From positions 1 to 63,401 of the IMG/VR virus record IMGVR_UViG_3300042541_000733: a DNA stretch of 63,401 nt; one strand, given 5' to 3'. Origin of the DNA: a virus. Taxonomy: Duplodnaviria; Caudoviricetes. This document shows, piece by piece, positions 35,835 through 45,175 of this stretch. How positions within the stretch are numbered: position 1 is the first letter of the stretch; the number at the start of each line of letters is the position of its first letter. The notes under the pieces were generated by a model. The model searched no databases. It worked only from the letters and a program-made list of their open reading frames with translations, and was not told where the DNA came from. Both the position numbers and the translations under genes were made by a program.

Positions 35835-37178
35835 ATGGCAAAAACATTATTGGAAACATATAGATCATTGTATGAGGCAAATAAGTTTCGCGCTCAAGCA
35901 GCTGGATTGGGTGCAGCACCAGCTGCTCCCTCTCCAAACCCTGTTGATGCCAAAGCACAAGGTATTGGTGCAAGACCAGCATCGTTACCTAGTACTAGTG
36001 GAACATCAACATCATTTGGCGGACCTTCTAATGCCATCAATAATCTTAGTCGAGTATCACAACGATCATCTAAACCTGTCGTTGATTTAAGTAAACCTGG
36101 TATAGGTCCTGGATCTCAAGGTGACACTGGTAGAATGAATACTGTTGCTAAACCTATATCCCAAGCAGTTTCAGATACATCTTCATATTCAGCACAGGCA
36201 AAAATTAATAAACCGGCGTTGAGTAATGTTTCAGGCAATCAAAAACCTACAAATAATATACAAACGCCTATAATGGACAAAGCAGTCACAGCAAAAACTG
36301 CGGCAGATAATGCAGCTAGAGTGCAAGCTATTAGAAGACCTGGAGCCCCTGCGCCTGTAAGCAGAACTCCTGGTCGAGGTGGCAACACCGGCGGTAGATA
36401 TGGTATGCAGCGCCCGGATATCGTCAAGCCGGGCGGATCGACTCAACAGCCATATGGTATGAATATTCCAAAGAAGAGTCCTACACTTCAGGCTCAGACG
36501 GATGGTAATATTACAGATAAGAAACCAGCAGATCAAGACATAGCAAGACGAAATGCTAGAATTCAGGCAATCAGAAGACCTGCAGTCAGCAACTCAACCA
36601 TTCCTTTGTCTAATACTCCATCTGTTGCAGCCGCAGAGCCTACAGAACCACTTCAAAAAGCTAAGCCAATTAAACCTACTAAGACGAATAAAGTTGTACA
36701 AAAACCTCAAGTTAAGACAGAGGTACCTGTAGCAAGTAAGACTAAAACAAAACCTAATATTTCTTCTTTTGCACAGAGAGAAGCTAAACGTAGAGTTCTT
36801 TCCGGCAAAGAGGGTGTTGGTCCAGAAGCTAATAAAATAAGAAAGACTTCTGGTGTTAAGCTTGGTAAAACAACAGGCACAACTATACGCCAAAAAAATC
36901 TTGGTGAGATGCTAACAAACTTTATCAACCAGAAGTTGGAAGAGCGTCATACATTTGGAAATGCAGCAAAAAGTTCAAATCATAGCACACTTGGTGAATT
37001 AGGTTCACGCAGGGGTGATGAGAAACAAAAAATGGATCTCAAGAGATATCAAAAAGTTGTGAGAAACCGTCTTGCTGAAGAAGATGCACAAGCTGAAACA
37101 AAACAACCTAAGAAGATCAAGCGCAAGAAGGGAACACCCGTTGTATTTGATCCTGAAACAACAAATCTTACTTACTAA
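35835..37178 (+). CDS. Basic low-complexity putative internal virion protein
   Basis: MAKTLLETYRSLYE leader; shares a module with the upstream protein. Confidence 0.6.
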   Translation: MAKTLLETYRSLYEANKFRAQAAGLGAAPAAPSPNPVDAKAQGIGARPASLPSTSGTSTSFGGPSNAINNLSRVSQRSSKPVVDLSKPGIGPGSQGDTGRMNTVAKPISQAVSDTSSYSAQAKINKPALSNVSGNQKPTNNIQTPIMDKAVTAKTAADNAARVQAIRRPGAPAPVSRTPGRGGNTGGRYGMQRPDIVKPGGSTQQPYGMNIPKKSPTLQAQTDGNITDKKPADQDIARRNARIQAIRRPAVSNSTIPLSNTPSVAAAEPTEPLQKAKPIKPTKTNKVVQKPQVKTEVPVASKTKTKPNISSFAQREAKRRVLSGKEGVGPEANKIRKTSGVKLGKTTGTTIRQKNLGEMLTNFINQKLEERHTFGNAAKSSNHSTLGELGSRRGDEKQKMDLKRYQKVVRNRLAEEDAQAETKQPKKIKRKKGTPVVFDPETTNLTY

Positions 37179-37203
37179 TAAATAGTTTAAAAGGAGAACT
37201 TAA

Positions 37204-37692
37204 ATGACACTTTGGGGTAATACAGACAACGCATCTGGCAATAATAAGCCGAAGTATGCAAACACATCTAGCGTATTCGGCGTTTCTGTCACAGAAGCGG
37301 CTAATACTTCAGGTGATGGAAATAAAGTTGCACATTCTGGTTGGGTAGAGCAGAAGCTCGGCACAGGACCACTTGCAACAATCACAATCGATGATGGTGG
37401 TACAGGATATTCAAATGGATTCTTAACACTAACTGGAGGTAGTGGTTCTGGTGCGAATGCATCGTTTACAGTTAATGCAAACGGAGTAATCAATGCCGTA
37501 ACGATAAATGCAACAGGTTCTGGTTATGTATCAGTACCAACTGTAACAGCAGCAGGATCAAACACTAACGTTGCTTCATTTACAGCAACAACTGGTGGTC
37601 GTTCAGGCCGTCGTCAGTATGAAACACTTGTAGCTACAGGTTCTATCACTGGCGATAATACAGCAGACAATACATACTTCCCAGGCACATAA
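37204..37692 (+). CDS. Gly/Thr-rich putative virion structural protein
   Basis: Repeated ITI..GGTGY / VTI..TGSGY; late-type promoter; AGGAG RBS. Confidence 0.65.
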   Translation: MTLWGNTDNASGNNKPKYANTSSVFGVSVTEAANTSGDGNKVAHSGWVEQKLGTGPLATITIDDGGTGYSNGFLTLTGGSGSGANASFTVNANGVINAVTINATGSGYVSVPTVTAAGSNTNVASFTATTGGRSGRRQYETLVATGSITGDNTADNTYFPGT

Positions 37693-37713
37693 TAGATAGT
37701 GGAAAGCAAGAGC

Positions 37714-38511
37714 ATGACTGATATTCAAGAAAATCATGAATTTATGGCAGACGGCAGAGTAGACATTAAGGATCCGCAAGTGCTTGTAGCACTTAATGCG
37801 GGTCTAGCAGAAGCTACAATGTCTGCTTCAATCACTCCATATACTGCATGGAGTAGAGTGCAGAAAGTTCTTGCAATCTATCACATTCATATTCCAAATC
37901 CTCTTCTAAGAGGATCTGATGGTAATCAAGTTATTCCTATCAGTCAGTTTGGAAATAAATTTGGACAAACGAATGATGGTGATACTGTCGTTAATGACAC
38001 TTCACCATTTTCGTTATACTTCGAATGGGAAATGGATGATCGTGGGTTATTCAAAATCTTTGCAGAGATTGTAAATCAAGATGATCTTGAAGAAATTCTA
38101 GATGATTACGGCAGTGAAGTTGAAGAAGTCAATGAAGCTTACGACAAAGAAGAACTTGCAAAAGGCGCAAATGACGAACATAAAGAACATGGCCTTAGTA
38201 AGAAAGAATCTCTTAAAGTAGCAAAAGATCATCTCACAAAAGTAGATGATCACTACTATTCTAAGCTTGATAAGATCGGATTAGAAGAAATGAAGATCGA
38301 TCCAAAAGTGATGCAAAAAGTTATTGATCGTCGTAAGAAAAAAGCTTATTCAGGTAAAGATCCTAAAAAGAATGCAGCAAACATTGAGCTTATGAAAAAG
38401 CTTATGTATGCGAGAGATAGAATTATGGATAAGCACTATCCTGAAGGTTCTGATAAAGAATGGCGCGATGACATGCAGAAGCGCGAAGATGAAAGATTTA
38501 ATCGGAAATAA
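37714..38511 (+). CDS. Hypothetical protein with DUF5661-like module
   Basis: ELAKG..EH...AKDHL...YYSKL. Confidence 0.55.
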   Translation: MTDIQENHEFMADGRVDIKDPQVLVALNAGLAEATMSASITPYTAWSRVQKVLAIYHIHIPNPLLRGSDGNQVIPISQFGNKFGQTNDGDTVVNDTSPFSLYFEWEMDDRGLFKIFAEIVNQDDLEEILDDYGSEVEEVNEAYDKEELAKGANDEHKEHGLSKKESLKVAKDHLTKVDDHYYSKLDKIGLEEMKIDPKVMQKVIDRRKKKAYSGKDPKKNAANIELMKKLMYARDRIMDKHYPEGSDKEWRDDMQKREDERFNRK

Positions 38512-38897
38512 TGATTACAGATTTAAATGATGATAATTTCTTGATTTTTGCGATGAAAGCTTATGATAGACCTAACGTTCTAATGTCAGAATTTGAAGAA
38601 GACATAAACAGAATTAAGTATGTCAAAAGACTAGTAAAACGATACAGAATTAACGGTGAGTTAAAAGAAAGACTGATACTGAACCACATCATCATTTTAG
38701 GAAATGTATTCGGTGTTGAAGCAACGGTAAGAATGCTGTTTCTCAAACTTGATCCAGAAGACTACACGATACTTAAAACATTTCTACTTTATTTGAACTA
38801 TATGCCTAAATTCGTATCTGTCATTAATGGACATAACATACACTCTAGCGATATCTCTATAGATGTGTTTGTAGGTAAACGACTTAGAGATATTTAA
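38511..38897 (+). CDS. Conserved T4-like hypothetical protein
   Basis: NFLIFAMKAY, ERLILNHII. Confidence 0.75.
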   Translation: MITDLNDDNFLIFAMKAYDRPNVLMSEFEEDINRIKYVKRLVKRYRINGELKERLILNHIIILGNVFGVEATVRMLFLKLDPEDYTILKTFLLYLNYMPKFVSVINGHNIHSSDISIDVFVGKRLRDI

Positions 38898-38925
38898 AAT
38901 TATTCATATCATCGATGGCATAGCC

Positions 38926-38954
38926 ATCATACACTGTTGTCAAGAGGCTGTCAA
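38926..38954 (-). promoter_or_regulatory. Antisense sigma70-type promoter
   Basis: Minus strand TTGACA-17-TATGAT. Confidence 0.6.
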
Positions 38955-38961
38955 GAAGAAA

Positions 38962-39828
38962 ATGAATATCAAAGAAGAAGCACCAACAACGAGCGTAGCA
39001 AGTGGCGCAGTGGAAATGCTTCCAGTAGTACGTAAACGTGGAAAATTTGCAGGCAACAAGACTGTTATTCTCGCGCGTGAGACATTCAATTCCCTTCGTG
39101 TAGCCAGATCAAAGCATAAGCACTGGCGCAAATATCTCAAAGACGATCCTATGTTTGAGGAAGTGAGGCAGATTGCCTATTCCACAAAGGGTCCAATTGT
39201 TGTAGAATGTGACACAACGGGTGCTTGCATGTTTGTCCGTTTTGGTGAAGGAGATTCCCTCTTTGAAGCAGTAGAAAACAATGTTGGAAATACAAAAGAG
39301 TGGAAGTCCGCTCTTGGTGATGCTGGTAAAGATGCTCCAACTCTTCGTAGAGATGTAAAGAATAATTACGGTAAAGAGAGTTATCTCGGATCATTGAAAG
39401 GACATCATGTTCGCAAAACAGTAGAAGGTAGTATCACTTCATATCATTTGCAACATCCTGAAACGAGAGAAATTACACACTCAGTAAACGGTCGTCTAAG
39501 AAACGGTGTTCTAAAAATCTATGGTGCAGCATCTACGGGCAACTCACCAATCAAAATGCATCACTTTTACCATCATCTCCTAAAAAAGCATTTGAAGGCT
39601 GTTGAGAGTGATAGTCAATCTGCAGGCGCTATAAGCATGTGGCAGAGACTAGCAAAAGAGCGTGGAGTGTCTGTTCATGGACACGTTGATGGTAAAGCAG
39701 TAAATGTTGATCCCCAAGATACTTCAGAAACACACGCAAAAAGAGACGATAAAACACCCGGTAGCGGTAAGATTAGAAGAATGAGAATGGTAGCATCATA
39801 TCATAAGAAAGGTGCCAAAAAACTATGA
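38962..39828 (+). CDS. Hypothetical protein (putative internal virion protein)
   Basis: MNIKEEAPT start; internal LFE junction. Confidence 0.65.
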   Translation: MNIKEEAPTTSVASGAVEMLPVVRKRGKFAGNKTVILARETFNSLRVARSKHKHWRKYLKDDPMFEEVRQIAYSTKGPIVVECDTTGACMFVRFGEGDSLFEAVENNVGNTKEWKSALGDAGKDAPTLRRDVKNNYGKESYLGSLKGHHVRKTVEGSITSYHLQHPETREITHSVNGRLRNGVLKIYGAASTGNSPIKMHHFYHHLLKKHLKAVESDSQSAGAISMWQRLAKERGVSVHGHVDGKAVNVDPQDTSETHAKRDDKTPGSGKIRRMRMVASYHKKGAKKL

Positions 39829-40346
39829 CAAACTGGCCATTACAGCGCGAATGTGATTCCTTCTATGGTAATCCACGCGGCAAGAATGTAACACAACCAT
39901 CAGCGAAGTGGGAATCAGCATATCTGGTTCCATTTAAACCACCATTTCGAATCACATATGCTGGTAAGCATGTTGCTCAATTCAAAGTCAATAAGAACTG
40001 TCTAGTTGGTTTTCAAGAAGCATTCAATAACTTGCTTAAGGCCGCAGGCGGTAAGCAGAAGACTTTAGATCACTGGGGCGTATCAATCTTTGCTGGCTGT
40101 TACAACTATCGCTTGATGCGTGGTGGTAACAGTCTATCAATGCACTCATGGGGTTGCGCTATCGACCTCGATCCTGCTAACAATTCACTCTCAGATAATA
40201 CTCCACGTTTTGCTCAGTTCCCAGAAGTTCTGGATGCATGGTCAAGAACAGGTGCATTATGGGGCGGTGATTGGGATGGCGATAAGGACACATTAGATGA
40301 ACGTCGTTGTGATGGAATGCATTGGCAGTTTGCTAGACTAAGATGA
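39825..40346 (+). CDS. Endolysin, peptidase M15 family
   Basis: YNYR, SMHSWGCAIDLD, DGMHWQ. Confidence 0.88.
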   Translation: MTNWPLQRECDSFYGNPRGKNVTQPSAKWESAYLVPFKPPFRITYAGKHVAQFKVNKNCLVGFQEAFNNLLKAAGGKQKTLDHWGVSIFAGCYNYRLMRGGNSLSMHSWGCAIDLDPANNSLSDNTPRFAQFPEVLDAWSRTGALWGGDWDGDKDTLDERRCDGMHWQFARLR

Positions 40347-40642
40347 AAGAAGATCCTTGGCTGAAGACATATTGGAGACCGGCAATTGCATGGCAGTATT
40401 TGATTGTATGCGTTTGCGACTTCATTATATTTCCTTCGGTATTCATGTATATTGTTAGAGAGCCGTGGGATCCTATTACACTAAAAGAGGGTGGATTCTA
40501 TCATCTGGCCATGGCAGCAATTATAGGTGTTGCAGCATGGACAAGAGGTCAAGAGAAGATTGTTCAATTGATGGATGGTAGTGAAGAAGTACAGAAGACA
40601 ACTACAACCATGACGCCCACACAGACTAAACGAGGTAAATAA
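40343..40642 (+). CDS. Putative holin
   Basis: WRPAIAW, TM segments; follows the endolysin. Confidence 0.65.
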   Translation: MKEDPWLKTYWRPAIAWQYLIVCVCDFIIFPSVFMYIVREPWDPITLKEGGFYHLAMAAIIGVAAWTRGQEKIVQLMDGSEEVQKTTTTMTPTQTKRGK

Positions 40643-41220
40643 TGTTAGCAATTTTATCCTTACTATCACCACTTTTTGGTATTTTAGGAAGCCTTTTACC
40701 TTCCGTTGTGAAAATATTTGAGCGTAAGCAGGAGATTAAATATGAACTTGATATGGCAAAGATTACCGCTGAGGCAGGGAAGTACACTGCCGAAGTACAG
40801 TATGATATTGAGGCTATCAAGGCTAATGCTATCGAGAGACAATCTCTTTATGATCATGATAAGTCTCTTGATGGTGGAAAGTTTATTAACGCACTACGCG
40901 CTTCTATTCGCCCCATCATCACTTATTCATTCTTTCTTCTTTTCGTTGCAGTAAAAACTGCCGCAGCATACGTAATGATCAAGAATGGTCAAGATATACC
41001 AACCATGCTTGACGCTGTATGGGACGTTGATACAATGTCGCTGTTCTCAACCATAATCGCATTCTGGTTTGGTAGTCGTGTTATGGAAAAACAGAGCAGA
41101 ATTAATGCTGTCGTTTCTTCGTCACAACCACAAATCATAGTAAAAACTAAAGTGCCTACACAACCACAACCACTTCCATCAAAGCCAAAAAGACCGGCAG
41201 GGATGGGAAGAGATAAATAA
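40642..41220 (+). CDS. Putative holin-like membrane protein (3TM type)
   Basis: IRPIITY, IIAFWFGSR. Confidence 0.65.
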   Translation: MLAILSLLSPLFGILGSLLPSVVKIFERKQEIKYELDMAKITAEAGKYTAEVQYDIEAIKANAIERQSLYDHDKSLDGGKFINALRASIRPIITYSFFLLFVAVKTAAAYVMIKNGQDIPTMLDAVWDVDTMSLFSTIIAFWFGSRVMEKQSRINAVVSSSQPQIIVKTKVPTQPQPLPSKPKRPAGMGRDK

Positions 41221-41235
41221 AAAAGGAGTGGTAAA

Positions 41236-41712
41236 ATGTCTGATGATATAGAAAATAAAATAGAAATTGAATTATTGAAAAAAGATGTGGTTACAATGTC
41301 GGCACTTCTTACGAAGTTCGATGCCGCACTTGATAAGATGCAAGAAATTGCATCAAGTCTGTCTCGAATGGTATCTTTGCAAGAGCAGAGACTTGAAGTA
41401 CAAGAAATAGCTACAAAAGAATTGCAAAGCGTGCTGGAAATGAGAAGAATAGAAAACAATCAAGAAATAAAAGACTTACATTCAAGAATTACTACGATCA
41501 ATAGAGAACTAACAGAAAAGATAACAGAAACAGAAAAGACCATTCTTACCGAAATTCAAACACTACATGCTGAATTGAAAACCGATCATAAAAGTATTGG
41601 AACTAGACTTTCAAGCATTGAATTATGGAAATATGGAGTTGCTGCTATAGTTGCAGTTATGATATTCTTAGTTACTAGGAACGCAATTAATATTGACAAT
41701 TTGTTTAAATAA
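41236..41712 (+). CDS. Coiled-coil protein with C-terminal TM helix
   Basis: Heptads; IELWKY followed by a hydrophobic tail. Confidence 0.7.
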   Translation: MSDDIENKIEIELLKKDVVTMSALLTKFDAALDKMQEIASSLSRMVSLQEQRLEVQEIATKELQSVLEMRRIENNQEIKDLHSRITTINRELTEKITETEKTILTEIQTLHAELKTDHKSIGTRLSSIELWKYGVAAIVAVMIFLVTRNAINIDNLFK

Positions 41713-41713
41713 A

Positions 41714-42490
41714 ATGAGAACTTTTCTACAACATCTCGTTGAAAATAAAGAAGTTGAAAAAGAACTTCCTAATTCACGAGGTGTACTTATTCATGGCAGC
41801 AAGTTGTTTGTTGGGGTCAGCCATGGTACACCACCAGAACTGACACCGCAAGTTCATGCTATGGTCAAGCACCATATTAAACAATACGGACATTGGAATG
41901 AAGGTGATGGCGGTGATGCAAAAGTCACACGCAACATTACTGGAAAAGCTAAAGCTCATGGATCATTTGATACGGATATGATCGACAAGGCCTTATATAC
42001 CGATAAGAAGGGTAGACGCTTTCTTGCTCCACATCACATATCAAATCTATTTGGTAATTTGCCTAAAAGTCCACAAGAAGCAGGTGTTATAAATCATCTG
42101 ACTAATCCGAATATGACACTAAGAGATTCTGTTGTCGCAAATCATGAAAAGATTTTCGGATCAAGAGCATCACCAGAAAACATTGACACGTTCTTTAAGC
42201 AAGCAGGTCCTCACTTTGAAAGAATGTCACAAAAGCCTGCAGATCAACGCAATGTGCAGAGATTTATTCGTAGAGGTACTAAAGATGGTTGGAAGGGTAA
42301 TGAGAACCCAGATACTGGTGTAGGTAATATGATTAGACAAGCTCAACTCGAAAGAGAAAACTATCTTTTAGATAAGGCGCCACCGGGTGTATATTTTATC
42401 GGTTCAGGACATTTGCCGTCAATGTCAGAAACAGTCAGAAGCAGAGGAATTAAACCTCGTTTGATTGGCGGCTCTCACGCTCACTTATAG
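41714..42490 (+). CDS. Hypothetical protein (putative internal virion protein)
   Basis: MRTFLQHLVE leader; GVSHG, EG and GSGHL motifs. Confidence 0.65.
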   Translation: MRTFLQHLVENKEVEKELPNSRGVLIHGSKLFVGVSHGTPPELTPQVHAMVKHHIKQYGHWNEGDGGDAKVTRNITGKAKAHGSFDTDMIDKALYTDKKGRRFLAPHHISNLFGNLPKSPQEAGVINHLTNPNMTLRDSVVANHEKIFGSRASPENIDTFFKQAGPHFERMSQKPADQRNVQRFIRRGTKDGWKGNENPDTGVGNMIRQAQLERENYLLDKAPPGVYFIGSGHLPSMSETVRSRGIKPRLIGGSHAHL

Positions 42491-42501
42491 GGAAATCAAA
42501 A

Positions 42502-43140
42502 ATGGACATTAGAGAAAATTTTTACAACAGACTACATGAAGCAAGAAATCCTGAATTAAAGAAACTTATTAGAAATTATGCAGGCCATAAAGCCGCCGCT
42601 TATGATTCTGGCGATTCTGGAGATGATGAAAGTATGGATCATCATGAAGATGAGGCCAAAAAGATATTGAAGGTTATCAAAAAGAATCATGGACATGAAG
42701 CTGCTAATCATGCAGAGATGTCTGCCGACTCAAATATTTTTGGAACAGAGCGCAAACGCGCACGAAGACCCGACTCTCTAGAAGGCGGACTAAGAGCAAA
42801 TTTCCGTAAAGACCTAACTAAAAAGGGTGTAATCCCTAAGAATACACAAAAGGCCATGCAGGGAGTTGCGGCTTCCGGTGAAGGTAAATTAAAGAGAAAA
42901 ATTAGCAAACCTAAAGGTATTATACCTGAAGAAACTCTTAACGAACTCCGCGGTAAGTCCAGTCTTTCGGATGATGAAAGAAAGGAACTTAAAGATCGTA
43001 TCCGTAAAAAGCACGGCAAAGCATGGAACGACACGATAGATATTAGAAAAGAAAAGAAGTCCTCTGGTCCAGCTGATACCAGAGATATGGACAAATTGAG
43101 AGATCGTCTAGCCAGAATGTATAACAAGTTAGACAAGTAA
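42502..43140 (+). CDS. Basic hypothetical protein (putative internal virion protein)
   Basis: FYNRLHE leader; internal TLNE. Confidence 0.65.
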   Translation: MDIRENFYNRLHEARNPELKKLIRNYAGHKAAAYDSGDSGDDESMDHHEDEAKKILKVIKKNHGHEAANHAEMSADSNIFGTERKRARRPDSLEGGLRANFRKDLTKKGVIPKNTQKAMQGVAASGEGKLKRKISKPKGIIPEETLNELRGKSSLSDDERKELKDRIRKKHGKAWNDTIDIRKEKKSSGPADTRDMDKLRDRLARMYNKLDK

Positions 43141-43143
43141 CCG

Positions 43144-43200
43144 TTGACTTTTTAAATCCACCTGATATAATGCCATCTATGTAACATTAGGTGGCATTAT
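43144..43200 (+). promoter_or_regulatory. Promoter plus RBS-sequestering hairpin of the primase gene
   Basis: TTGACT-16-TATAAT; ATAATGCCATCTA pairs with TAGGTGGCATTAT. Confidence 0.65.
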
Positions 43201-44203
43201 GTCTTTGTATATTGATCGGAAATACATATCTCTCGTTTCAACTAAACTGGAACGTTTTAAGCAGAAGTCGGAATTTCTCTGGAACTTCCGTTGCCCTATC
43301 TGCGGAGATTCCCATAAGAATAAGTTGAAGACGCGCGGCTATTTCTACCGCCGCAAGTCTGATCTATTCTTTACATGTCATAATTGCGGAACAAGTCTAT
43401 CGATTGGTAGCTTTCTAAAGACGATTGATCCGTCACTATATCGTGAGTATCAATTGGAACGATTCAAGAATGAATCGACGGGAAACGTTCCAAAACCAGA
43501 TTTCACTTTAGTGAAGACGAAGCCCATATTCAAGACCGCAATCGATCTTCCTACAATAGCATCCTTACCGAACGAACATATCGCAAAGCGTTATTTGCTT
43601 GAGCGAAAGATTCCGCGTGAAAAACTGAGTGATATATACTATGCTGAGAACTTCAAATCATTCGTGAAAGAAGTTCTGCCAGATTATGATAAATCTTTAT
43701 ATGATGAATCTCGTATTGTATTCCCGTTCTACGACAAAGAAAAGAAACTGTTAGGTTTTCAAGGTCGTGCAATCGGTAATAGCAAAATCAAATACATCAC
43801 AATCAAATTGGAAGAAGACGGCAAAAAGTTGTTTGGAGCGGATCGTGTAGATATTTCCAAACGCATCTATGTTGTCGAAGGTCCTATTGATTCTATGTTC
43901 TTACAGAATTCACTTGCAACAATGGATGCTTCGTTGTATAATATTACTCTTTTGTTCGGTAATCATGATTACGTGTTCATTCATGATAATGAGCCACGAA
44001 ATGCTGCGATTGTAAAGCAAATGAGTAAGACAATTAGTCACGGTAAAAATATTTTTATTTGGCCTCAAGGTGTAGCTGCGAAAGACATAAACGACTGGAT
44101 CCTGATGGGAACGACAGCCTCAGAGATTCAGCGTATTATAGATACTAACACGTTCGCTGATCTAAGGGCAAAGCTGGAGTTTGAGAGATGGAAAAAGGTG
44201 TAG
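43199..44203 (+). CDS. 61: DNA primase (T4 gp61-like)
   Basis: CPICGDS...CHNC zinc finger, EGPIDSMF, DNE, KDIND. Confidence 0.96.
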   Translation: MSLYIDRKYISLVSTKLERFKQKSEFLWNFRCPICGDSHKNKLKTRGYFYRRKSDLFFTCHNCGTSLSIGSFLKTIDPSLYREYQLERFKNESTGNVPKPDFTLVKTKPIFKTAIDLPTIASLPNEHIAKRYLLERKIPREKLSDIYYAENFKSFVKEVLPDYDKSLYDESRIVFPFYDKEKKLLGFQGRAIGNSKIKYITIKLEEDGKKLFGADRVDISKRIYVVEGPIDSMFLQNSLATMDASLYNITLLFGNHDYVFIHDNEPRNAAIVKQMSKTISHGKNIFIWPQGVAAKDINDWILMGTTASEIQRIIDTNTFADLRAKLEFERWKKV

Positions 44204-44454
44204 TTAGAAAGTTTCGTAAGAAGCCTGTAACAATTGAAGCAATGCAATTAACAGATGCAAAATCTGTTTTAGATATCGAAGAATGGATGGACAGTAGTGA
44301 TACTGGTTATAGCACATCACCACCTACAATTTGGATCAAGACAAAAGAAGGCATCATGGAAGCATCTGCTGGCGATTGGGTAATCAAAGGCGTTGAAGGT
44401 GAGTTTTATCCTTGCAAGCCAGCAATTTTTATCAAGACATATCAGGAAGTATAA
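44188..44454 (+). CDS. Conserved phage protein
   Basis: FRKKPVTIEA, GDWVIKGVEGEFYPCKP. Confidence 0.8.
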   Translation: MEKGVVRKFRKKPVTIEAMQLTDAKSVLDIEEWMDSSDTGYSTSPPTIWIKTKEGIMEASAGDWVIKGVEGEFYPCKPAIFIKTYQEV

Positions 44455-44456
44455 TT

Positions 44457-45155
44457 ATGAATAGTGTGAAGTTGATCGGCATGACACAGCCGACTATTTT
44501 TATGGCCAATATGAATGATCTGCCTGAAAAAGCAAGTGATATTCCTAACATGACCGCAGAACAGTTGATTGCTTACTGTGCCCGCGTATCTAATCCTGCT
44601 AATCAGGACAATCCAGATAGCGAACGTCTTCTTAAGTATCTTGTGAAGAACAAGCACTGGTCGCCATTTGAAATGGCACATGTTATCATGGAGATCCAGA
44701 CTACCCGTGATATCGGTAGACAGATCCTTCGTCATCGTTCTTTCTCGTTTCAGGAATTTTCACAGCGTTATGCGGAAGTTCAAGAGATGAGTGAACCGCG
44801 CGAAGCACGATTGCAGGATACAAAGAATAGACAGAATAGTATTGAAACAAATGATTTGGGTCTGGCATTCGATTGGATTACCGTTCAAAACGATTTAATG
44901 CGAGACGCGCAAAATGCATATGAATGGGCAATAGAAAATGGCATCGCAAAGGAAGTTGCTCGTTCTGTTCTTCCTGAAGGTCTCACTATGTCACGCATGT
45001 ATATGTCAGGATCACTCCGTTCATGGATCCACTACTGTGAACTTCGTATGGCCAACGGAACGCAGAAGGAACATAGAGAATTAGCTACCCAGTGTTGGAA
45101 TATCATTACTGAACAATTCCCCTCACTTAAGAACGTATTAGAAAACAATCAATAA
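44457..45155 (+). CDS. thyX: Flavin-dependent thymidylate synthase
   Basis: HWSPFE, RHRSFSFQEFSQRY. Confidence 0.96.
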   Translation: MNSVKLIGMTQPTIFMANMNDLPEKASDIPNMTAEQLIAYCARVSNPANQDNPDSERLLKYLVKNKHWSPFEMAHVIMEIQTTRDIGRQILRHRSFSFQEFSQRYAEVQEMSEPREARLQDTKNRQNSIETNDLGLAFDWITVQNDLMRDAQNAYEWAIENGIAKEVARSVLPEGLTMSRMYMSGSLRSWIHYCELRMANGTQKEHRELATQCWNIITEQFPSLKNVLENNQ

Positions 45156-45175
45156 AAATTTAGGAGACTACACGT

